Shown here: one piece after another, positions 8,367 through 15,867 of the stretch
Position numbering within the stretch: the first letter of the stretch is position 1
Layout of the letters: each line of letters starts with the position of its first letter
Program-made: the position numbers and the translations under genes
Virus record (IMG/VR): IMGVR_UViG_3300028840_008185
Location: 254,374 to 318,373 of that record
Direction: 5' to 3' (one strand)
DNA: 64,000 bases
Notes under the pieces: generated by a model
The model's database searches: none
Seen by the model: only the letters and a program-made list of their open reading frames with translations
What the model was told of the DNA's origin: nothing

Positions 8367-10439
8367 TCACCCAGCATTTGCTTTCTCAATTACCAATTGA
8401 ACTTCTTCTATAATGTCTCTTCTATCCTTCTTTTCTAAAAACTTATCGGCGTAGAGACGAACGACCCGCACATCATCTTCCATTTCTGGTTGCGGCTTGC
8501 GAACTATTATATAGTCAAAAAGGCCAAACTTATCTAGCGCTGCTTTGCCAAGAGCATCAGAAAAGCAAGTGAATACCATATCGGGCATTCTACGTCGCAG
8601 GGTAACAAGCCTATCATGAAGTCGTTTCACCAAGGCTGAATCAACATAAAGTAAGTCGGGTTGATACTCAGCCACTCGCTTGACTACGTGCGAGTTACAA
8701 AATATGCCTTGAAAATCTACGTTGGCGAAAGAAATTCGGTGCTCATACCTTCTGTCCGTTGATTCTTCAACAATTCCCATAACCCTATATTTTCTTTCCT
8801 TTGTGCGAAGCAGGCGGTGCTCCGCAATCTCTTCATCAGAGGCCTCCTCCACCATGCCGATCCTTATAGCAAGTTCTTTTACTCGTCTGTAATCAGAATG
8901 TTGTTCTATAACTTTTGCAGCGCCCCTCTTGCCCATTTCAGCAGCTTCAACGGGGTTATTGAGATAGTGTCCAACAAGTCTTTTACACTCACTTAAATCT
9001 TTAAACCAAGCAACATCCTTTCCATTTTCAAAATACTTTTCTAGCCCTGGTATATAGTGACAAACCACCGGAGTCCCAGACGCCATAGTGATTAGTTGTC
9101 TATCAGAAAAATACATTGGTATGTTATTAAAATGGTTTACATTAATAGCAACTTCTGCGGCATTATATACCTCGTTTTGCGTGTAGTATCCGATAGCTCC
9201 TCTGCAAGAATTAGTTCTTTTCCAGCCAGACCCGTAAAGTGCAAATCTATTCCCGAAAGTATTATAAAGTTCGCACACTATTTTTTTTCTCAGGTTGCTG
9301 TCAGGAAAATGGCTTGAGCACAAGGCACAGAACACCACATCATGATCGTATTTTGCACGAAGACTGGCTCTTTTTTCTTTGCTTAATGGTAGAAACTTTT
9401 CGGTATTTACGCCTATCTGCCAGTAATCTACATTGGGACACCCTGCATTTCTATACAGTTTTACTTGCCCCTCACTACTAAGCAACGAAAAATCCACCTG
9501 TTTGCCAATATCAATGAAATATGGGTTAACGGTTGCCCTTACATCCCCAGTCCAATTTGTTATTATTACATCGGGCAACACCCTCCTAATGTCATTTATA
9601 ACGCTCGCCGGAATCATACCAGTAAACTGAAGCTGCATATGAATCCAATCGGGCCCAAAAGTGTGACATATGTTCTTTAGAGTCTCACTTGTCTGAGCGG
9701 CGCCGTGTCTTGCAAAAAAATTACGAAAATCGAAAGTATATAAATCAAAACCATTTTTTATAAAGGCGTTTTCCATGCCTGTTTGAAATATACTTATGTT
9801 ATTGGCTGGTAAATACAGCACCTTCTTGCCACCCTCGTTGACCTTGTGATTTTTAGAAACAACGAGGCCTACTGGCGGAATTGGAAGTTTTGACTTTGAT
9901 TTTCTTCTCTTAGGGTTCCTAGGAGGTCTAGCCTTCCTATCTCTTACTCTTTTCGATCTGGGTTTCTTAGGATTCACCCTTTTGGGAGGGGGAGGAGGGG
10001 GAGCGACAGAATCAGTCGAAACCAATTTAGCTGTGGTCTGTGGCTTTACCTTCTCGCCCTTAACAAGTTCGACTTTAACCTTCCTAATCAACATCGTGCC
10101 GGTTCCTTTAGACCCTCTCCACACCCTGAAGGTCATTGGAACGGTTGGCGGAAAACGCCCGGTGACAACATCTATACTATATGTTGACCACTCACCCCTA
10201 TCACATGTTATTTCTGAGGCGGCAAAGTCGAAATTCTTGTTGCCATATATATTACAACGCACGATGCCGTTTCCACTTTCTCTGCATAGCTCTATAGTCA
10301 AGTTGTATACAGCCTTTGGAAGAACGTTGACTGGGATATACAACATTGACTTAGGGCCTATCATTGCTGTATATTTGCCGCCCCCATCCTTACGAGTCTG
10401 AATATCTCTTCCTCTCCAAGAAGGTTGTAGTATTTCCAT
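8367..10439 (-). CDS. GT-B glycosyltransferase (CgeB/Glyco_trans_1_2-like) with N-terminal beta-sandwich and Pro/basic linker
   Basis: YNAAEVAINVNH...FSDRQLITMASGTPVV..GLEKYFENGKDV is CgeB-like. The N-terminal ~130 aa are beta-rich (CBM-like, uncertain). Linker PPPPPPKRVNPKKPRSKR... Confidence 0.8.
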   Translation of the reverse strand: MEILQPSWRGRDIQTRKDGGGKYTAMIGPKSMLYIPVNVLPKAVYNLTIELCRESGNGIVRCNIYGNKNFDFAASEITCDRGEWSTYSIDVVTGRFPPTVPMTFRVWRGSKGTGTMLIRKVKVELVKGEKVKPQTTAKLVSTDSVAPPPPPPKRVNPKKPRSKRVRDRKARPPRNPKRRKSKSKLPIPPVGLVVSKNHKVNEGGKKVLYLPANNISIFQTGMENAFIKNGFDLYTFDFRNFFARHGAAQTSETLKNICHTFGPDWIHMQLQFTGMIPASVINDIRRVLPDVIITNWTGDVRATVNPYFIDIGKQVDFSLLSSEGQVKLYRNAGCPNVDYWQIGVNTEKFLPLSKEKRASLRAKYDHDVVFCALCSSHFPDSNLRKKIVCELYNTFGNRFALYGSGWKRTNSCRGAIGYYTQNEVYNAAEVAINVNHFNNIPMYFSDRQLITMASGTPVVCHYIPGLEKYFENGKDVAWFKDLSECKRLVGHYLNNPVEAAEMGKRGAAKVIEQHSDYRRVKELAIRIGMVEEASDEEIAEHRLLRTKERKYRVMGIVEESTDRRYEHRISFANVDFQGIFCNSHVVKRVAEYQPDLLYVDSALVKRLHDRLVTLRRRMPDMVFTCFSDALGKAALDKFGLFDYIIVRKPQPEMEDDVRVVRLYADKFLEKKDRRDIIEEVQLVIEKANAG

Positions 10440-10473
10440 ATTTATTTGACCTCTCTAGGTGGTATATTTGCCT

Positions 10474-11037
10474 TTATACTTTATAGCATTTTAGGTGTAT
10501 AGCTGGATAAAAATTGATATTCTCTAGTTCTTCAAAGGACGCGAAACCATGCACAAATAATAAATCCTCTAAAGTTTGACGCGTATATCCACAATAATGA
10601 TGATCCCACTTGGTTCTTTGTGTTCCGTGTATACAACGTATATACCATTCGTCATCGAATTCTGGAGATTCAATCCACTCCTTGGCAAATCCCTTCAGAT
10701 CGGGAACTGCCACATAAAGCGAGCCATGCTGTTTAAGAACTCTGTGCATCTCTTTAATATTTTTGTGTACTTCATATTGGGGGATGTGCTCCAAAACATG
10801 CAAAACTATTATCTCATCGACCTCACCATCTTCGTAAGGAAGTTTTTCAATCTCTGCTCGAACGTCGGACACGACATACGTGGGCGACTCGCCCCAGTCA
10901 TGTTTGTAATAGTTGTCCAGAGTTGTTTTATTATCCTCAAAATCCAAATTGTCGTTTGCTATAAAATCGGGAGCAGCATCTATATTTACGAACCCCTCAA
11001 GATATATAGTTCCACAACCTAGATGCAATCTTAACAT
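10474..11037 (-). CDS. SAM-dependent methyltransferase (Methyltransf_11-like, glycan-cluster type)
   Basis: LHLGCG..YLEGFVNID, EIIVLHVLEH, RVLK..G.L.VAVPD. Start moved to ATG 11037, behind a GGAGGTGA RBS. Confidence 0.88.
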   Translation of the reverse strand: MLRLHLGCGTIYLEGFVNIDAAPDFIANDNLDFEDNKTTLDNYYKHDWGESPTYVVSDVRAEIEKLPYEDGEVDEIIVLHVLEHIPQYEVHKNIKEMHRVLKQHGSLYVAVPDLKGFAKEWIESPEFDDEWYIRCIHGTQRTKWDHHYCGYTRQTLEDLLFVHGFASFEELENINFYPAIHLKCYKV

Positions 11038-11041
11038 AGAT

Positions 11042-13318
11042 TCACCTCCTAGCCCCTTTAAACATGGCATTATAGATGTGATTTATTGTAAACTCGTTGC
11101 CTTTCTTTTCCATAGCTTTTGCAAAGTTCTTGCTATTGGCAGAGAACTGTTCCCAGAGGCCCTTGTCTTCTTTCATCTTTCTGATTGCTTTGGCAAATAG
11201 AAGATAAGCATTTGGGTTCCAAACTAAAGAGCCATTAACCCCGTCGCTCACTACCTCTGATACAGCCCCAACATCTGAAGCTATTACTGGAGTGCCGCAA
11301 GTCATGGCTTCGAGAATGACGAGGGGCAATCCTTCCATATTTGATGGAAGTATTAGAGCATCAAAAGCCGCATAGAACTTCTCAACATCCTGTCTGTGCC
11401 CAACAAAGTATACATTTTTGAACTGCGCCGCTGCCTGTTTCAACGCGGCACCTTGTGGGCCATCTCCTACAAGCACGAAAGCCGCATCGGTGACTACCTG
11501 GGCGCACTTAAGTATCACTGCCAAATTCTTTTCTGGCGAAAGTCTGCCCACATAACCAACGACAAAATCTTCTTTCACGTCAAGATCTTTTAGTATTTCT
11601 TTTGAACGAGGAATCTTGAAACGATCCCAATCCACTTGTTGCGGGAGAACCGCCACGTTTTTATTTCCGTCTTTCAGGAGCTTTCTACCCATATGTCCGG
11701 AAACAGAGATGAGTGTAGCTACTAGCTTGTCTCTCGCCGCAACCTTGCACATAGAATCTTGCCACATAAGCTCGCTGTGAACAGTCTCGATTACGCGACA
11801 CCTGAAGCCTTGCTGCCATGCCTGCCGCAACACGTTGTATACTCCAAAGCTATTGTAGAAATGGACTATACTGTAATTGTAGGATTCTACGAAGCACTTT
11901 AGGGCGTATCCTTTGCCCTGTCCCGACAGATCTTGATATATAGCTCCAGTATCCTTGAATAGTTTATCTAATTCTTCACTAATGCCGGATATAAAAGCTA
12001 TATGTGGCTCATAAATGCTTTTATCTAATTTGTCAATTGTGTGCTTGATCCAAACTTCTCCTCCGCCGGCCATTTTGTATGGGACAATGTAAAGAACCTT
12101 TCTTTTGTCATTTATTCTACTACTCTTTTTGGGAATAGGTAAATCTAAAATCATCTGGGCAGCATTTTCCCAAGAGAACTCTTCAGTTGTCTTTTTCGCC
12201 GCCTCTTGGATTCTGGCCTTTTCTACGTCCGCGTTTTCATAGACCCGGCGCATCAATTCGGCACAGTGCCTCGTGTCTGGGTCGCCCACCACCGCATCTT
12301 TGTTGTGAACCCAATACTGCATGGAAGCAGGTGCTTGCATTTCACCCGTATTTATTAGTAGAGAGTTGTCATCATTGAGAAATTCAAGCTGGCCACCGTG
12401 ACGTGGCGCAATAACAAGCATCCCGCAGGCCAAAGCCTCTAATCCTGGGAGCCAGAAGCCTTCGCAGGAACTCATGCTCACGACCGCATCACAGGCAGTA
12501 TAAAGCGATCCAATGTCGGGAATATATGTGTTGATAATCTCCACTTCTGGAGGGTTCTTTCTGCCCTTAAATGCCCGTTCTAACACGCTTTCTACGTCTA
12601 CCTCAAACGGTTTGTCTGCATCGGGTTGCTTAAATTTTGTTTTCATCACAAGGCAGACATCATCATCGCCAGAAAAGGCGCTCAGATAAGCTTCTAGGAC
12701 CCTCTCATGCAGCTTTCTGTGGTGAGGTATGGCGTTGTGTAAAAATTTCACTTTCTTTTCTGTTCGCAGCTTGAACGGAGTAATTTCTGGGTTGAACATA
12801 TTGGTGTCTACGCCATGAGGCACTACCAACATCTTGCTCTCGGGTATGCCATTCTTGGCGAAAATATCATAGGAATATTGACTGGATGGAAGCACATAGT
12901 CAATTGCATGATGGTAGAGATGCCAGCCCGGAGGTAGAATAGAACTCTCAAAGTTCCATATTCCTGCGCGAGCTAGGGATTGTGGGAAAAAGCGCCTTGG
13001 AAATTGATAGAAAATTGTGTAAGCGATCTCAAGGTCATACGGAAAGTTCTTGTCCGCCACTTCTGGCAACTTGTTTTGGGGAGTGGCTTTTATCTGCTTG
13101 CCATCTTCCATTAGGTAATCCACTGGACCTTGGCTAAGTGAGCCGTGGTAACCAGGGACCAAGTATGGACGAAGATCGTCAGGAAAGTGTTCAAGATTGT
13201 TGGTGGACCTCATGTGAATTTCATGGCCCCCGATGTTCACCATCGCTCGGGCCAGATATTGCGAGACAAAGCTCCATGAGTGCTGAGTCCCTAGCATTGT
13301 ATGCCATCTAACTTTCAT
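11042..13318 (-). CDS. Tandem double GT4 (GT-B) glycosyltransferase
   Basis: Domain 1: VVPHGVD...YTACDAVVSMSSCEGFWLPGLEALACG. Domain 2: GYVGRLSPEKN...FDALILPSNMEGLPLVILEAMTCGTPVIASDVG. Confidence 0.93.
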   Translation of the reverse strand: MKVRWHTMLGTQHSWSFVSQYLARAMVNIGGHEIHMRSTNNLEHFPDDLRPYLVPGYHGSLSQGPVDYLMEDGKQIKATPQNKLPEVADKNFPYDLEIAYTIFYQFPRRFFPQSLARAGIWNFESSILPPGWHLYHHAIDYVLPSSQYSYDIFAKNGIPESKMLVVPHGVDTNMFNPEITPFKLRTEKKVKFLHNAIPHHRKLHERVLEAYLSAFSGDDDVCLVMKTKFKQPDADKPFEVDVESVLERAFKGRKNPPEVEIINTYIPDIGSLYTACDAVVSMSSCEGFWLPGLEALACGMLVIAPRHGGQLEFLNDDNSLLINTGEMQAPASMQYWVHNKDAVVGDPDTRHCAELMRRVYENADVEKARIQEAAKKTTEEFSWENAAQMILDLPIPKKSSRINDKRKVLYIVPYKMAGGGEVWIKHTIDKLDKSIYEPHIAFISGISEELDKLFKDTGAIYQDLSGQGKGYALKCFVESYNYSIVHFYNSFGVYNVLRQAWQQGFRCRVIETVHSELMWQDSMCKVAARDKLVATLISVSGHMGRKLLKDGNKNVAVLPQQVDWDRFKIPRSKEILKDLDVKEDFVVGYVGRLSPEKNLAVILKCAQVVTDAAFVLVGDGPQGAALKQAAAQFKNVYFVGHRQDVEKFYAAFDALILPSNMEGLPLVILEAMTCGTPVIASDVGAVSEVVSDGVNGSLVWNPNAYLLFAKAIRKMKEDKGLWEQFSANSKNFAKAMEKKGNEFTINHIYNAMFKGARR

Positions 13319-13319
13319 A

Positions 13320-13508
13320 TTACTCGTCTCCCTTGACTACGACTGGTGGCTGCTGTTGGCGCTGCTTATGCTCCTTGAAAAGATTGGCAATCAACTCCCT
13401 AAGAACTCCCGTCACTGTTTTGTAATTCTCTTTCGCATATTGCGACAAGAATTCATATAGTTCGGGCTCCAGACGAATATTGATTTGCCTTCGTTTTTCT
13501 GTGCTCAT
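13320..13508 (-). CDS. Ribbon-helix-helix (Arc/CopG-like) DNA-binding protein
   Basis: RRQINIRLEPELYEFLSQYAKENYKTVTGVLRELI has the alternating beta-strand plus two-helix pattern; GAGGAG RBS. Confidence 0.8.
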   Translation of the reverse strand: MSTEKRRQINIRLEPELYEFLSQYAKENYKTVTGVLRELIANLFKEHKQRQQQPPVVVKGDE

Positions 13509-13534
13509 AGTTGCTCCTCACTAGATAAATATTA

Positions 13535-13578
13535 CCTTTCAAAACTAATGATGATATATTGATAGATTTTGATAGATT
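13535..13578 (-). promoter_or_regulatory. Putative promoter/operator: AATCTATCAA x2, and CTATCAATA-N15-TGAAAGG
   Basis: 10-bp direct repeat at 13559-13578. The same bipartite motif lies upstream of the sheath gene. Confidence 0.55.
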
Positions 13579-13597
13579 TTTTCTAACTTTTTGCAAG

Positions 13598-13625
13598 AAA
13601 AAAGGGAGGCTGTGAGCCTCCCTTT
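13598..13625 (-). terminator. Intrinsic terminator after the structural module
   Basis: AAAGGGAGGC-tgtga-GCCTCCCTTT hairpin, followed by a U-run on the minus strand, 20 nt after the 735-aa gene stop. Confidence 0.85.
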
Positions 13626-13644
13626 AATTCTGTGTTTTTTCTTT

Positions 13645-15430
13645 TTATGTCCACGTATTGAAATCAAATGGCGCAAATAAAGTGCTTGGAGCCACCGTTC
13701 CATATAGATTGCCAGGAACTCCCGCACCAACATCTCCTATGGGAATGCCACCCAAAGAGTTTAACGTATTGTTAGCAACGACGCATATATTACAGCCTAT
13801 CAGCCCGACAAGTGGGCCAGTACCCCCTCCAGATATTTCATCAACCATATTGCTATTTATTGTGGCATTGGTTGCAATGATCACAAATATTATGCCCACA
13901 GTGGGGGCGATGGGGTTCAAATCATTTACAAGAAAATTATTGCCGTTTATCTGTATGTTATATATTCCAGGACCCAATGATGGAGCCGCTAATATCGCAC
14001 TGCCAATTGCCGCTACACCTTGGAACTTGAAGCTGTTATCTAACACTCGTGTTCTATGTGAATCCGACAGGGCTATTACGGCGTCCCAGTTCCCTCCGGT
14101 AAATGTGCATCCATGGATAAGAGAACCTTCTTGCACGTTACCAACCATGTATTTAGAATCTCCTGAGTTCCAGTTTGTGCTTGAAAAGCCTTGAATAGTA
14201 ACGTTTTCTAATTCCGTAATTCCAAATGGGGTGGCGGGCTCAAGAGCCCCTTGTCCTCTATCACCAACTATAACTATATTCATCGTGCCAGCAGGTGCGT
14301 AGCCGTCCGTGGGAGATGATATCATAGCATTAATCAATTTAACTCTACCCTCACTCACAGTATATGCCGGGTCAGCAGCTGGTCTACCAGAAAGCTGTAT
14401 AACTGGATAGTCTGTGCTCAGGGTAAATCCATCTCTGATAGATGTTGGGATCCAGCCGCCATACATAAAAAGCCCATCGATAACGGCGTCAGCCGAAGAG
14501 ATTAATATTGGACTATTACCATCGCCATAACCAAGAACATTCTCGTTCATATTTATGCGAAGATTTTTAATTCTGAGAATATCCATTTCAGTACGTATAA
14601 AACTAGTATTTATTATCCCAGGTCCATAAGTATACATATACAACCCATTAGCCTCAACCCTATCACCTCCAAAATCAATAACCGGAATGTTCGCTTTATA
14701 TGGCTCACATCTCACAGCGCAGTCGTGTATTTTAAGGCCCGAGCTAGCTCCAGTGCTTCTAATTGCCTGACTGCCGTAGCCATCCAAAAAGAGACAATAG
14801 TTTACTAGACACCCAAAACCACTGTGTTCTAATAAAGTTGTGCCTTCTCCAATAGGCTCAAACTGGCATTGGGAGACTTGGGTCAAAATAGCGCCGGGGC
14901 CAGTAGATAAACAATAATCTTTATTAACCGGAGCAAGTCTTGTTTGCTCCACTCTTGCTTTGATCCCAGCTTGTATGTAAATAGATCCTTCTATATCACA
15001 TTGTTTAATTAGAAGATTGTCTGCATCGCTCACAACAGCCTCATACACGCCAGCGCCAAAATTAATAATCCGTATGTTTTGCATCAAAGACCCAAACGCA
15101 TCTCCCGTAAAAGTAAACATAAAGGAACCTACCTCATTTACTATTACAGGACGCGCTTCAACTCCAATTATCCTGACAGGCTTTGCAAACTCATGGGGAA
15201 CCGTTATATTATATTCACCACCCCTCACCAGAATGGTTCCACCTGACAATGCAACATCTAGGAGGGCCCTTTCCAAAGCATCTTGACCATTATACATTCC
15301 GCCCTCGGTGGCCACACCATCAGTGCATGAAAGCACAGTTCGAGAATGGTGGTCGTTAGCCTCTATGCGTAAATCCAGGCTTGGGAAAGTGCCGCCACCA
15401 ATACCACCTATGGGGCTAAAAACATCGCTT
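13645..15430 (-). repeat. Dispersed paralogous block, copy 1 (partner at ~55369-57142)
   Basis: Long near-identical peptides (e.g. VRCEPYKANxPVIDFGGDR, NLRINMNENVLG). DNA differences are mostly at third codon positions. Confidence 0.92.
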
Positions 15431-15852
15431 GATCTTGCAACTTCAAGTTCACCAACAGCGCTGGTAGCCAAAACACGCAATATGTTAGTGTTTTTTCTTA
15501 TTGCTGCCTGCCAGCCATCAAACTCATCTGCTTCTTCGTCGGCTGGAGGGCGTATGCCCTCATCTGTCTTGACCGCCGCAAGAACCCTACCTTTAATACG
15601 CCCATCTAGAGTCAGCTGTATCAAGTAAGTTCCAGCGACATCGGGCGTAAATGAAGCTGCGTCGGTTGTGGCACCTGCCATTACTGCCGCTGATCCAGAT
15701 GGTATATATATAAACTCCCACTGAAAAGAAGTAACGCCGGTATTATCAAGATTGGTTAAGGCAACAAGAACACCGTCTACAATATCGTCCCTGCTCTCAT
15801 TGGGCCCGCCGCTTACAGCGTTTTGCGTTATAACTATTTGTATACTAGGCAT
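13645..15852 (-). CDS. Virion appendage protein: PKD/Ig-like N-terminus plus right-handed beta-helix
   Basis: N-terminal TSFQWEF...ASFTPDVAGTYLIQLT (PKD-like). ERALLDVA..GGTILVRGGEY and I..N.F repeats are typical of pectate-lyase-like beta-helices. The C-terminal ~590 aa are paralogous to 55369-57708. Confidence 0.7.
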   Translation of the reverse strand: MPSIQIVITQNAVSGGPNESRDDIVDGVLVALTNLDNTGVTSFQWEFIYIPSGSAAVMAGATTDAASFTPDVAGTYLIQLTLDGRIKGRVLAAVKTDEGIRPPADEEADEFDGWQAAIRKNTNILRVLATSAVGELEVARSSDVFSPIGGIGGGTFPSLDLRIEANDHHSRTVLSCTDGVATEGGMYNGQDALERALLDVALSGGTILVRGGEYNITVPHEFAKPVRIIGVEARPVIVNEVGSFMFTFTGDAFGSLMQNIRIINFGAGVYEAVVSDADNLLIKQCDIEGSIYIQAGIKARVEQTRLAPVNKDYCLSTGPGAILTQVSQCQFEPIGEGTTLLEHSGFGCLVNYCLFLDGYGSQAIRSTGASSGLKIHDCAVRCEPYKANIPVIDFGGDRVEANGLYMYTYGPGIINTSFIRTEMDILRIKNLRINMNENVLGYGDGNSPILISSADAVIDGLFMYGGWIPTSIRDGFTLSTDYPVIQLSGRPAADPAYTVSEGRVKLINAMISSPTDGYAPAGTMNIVIVGDRGQGALEPATPFGITELENVTIQGFSSTNWNSGDSKYMVGNVQEGSLIHGCTFTGGNWDAVIALSDSHRTRVLDNSFKFQGVAAIGSAILAAPSLGPGIYNIQINGNNFLVNDLNPIAPTVGIIFVIIATNATINSNMVDEISGGGTGPLVGLIGCNICVVANNTLNSLGGIPIGDVGAGVPGNLYGTVAPSTLFAPFDFNTWT

Positions 15853-15867
15853 TTTTCAAATCTCCTA

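Noticed and set aside
9880-10010. Basic linker as a eukaryotic nuclear localisation signal (giant-virus origin)
   Set aside because: SD motifs, intrinsic terminators and a contractile tail indicate a prokaryotic virus.
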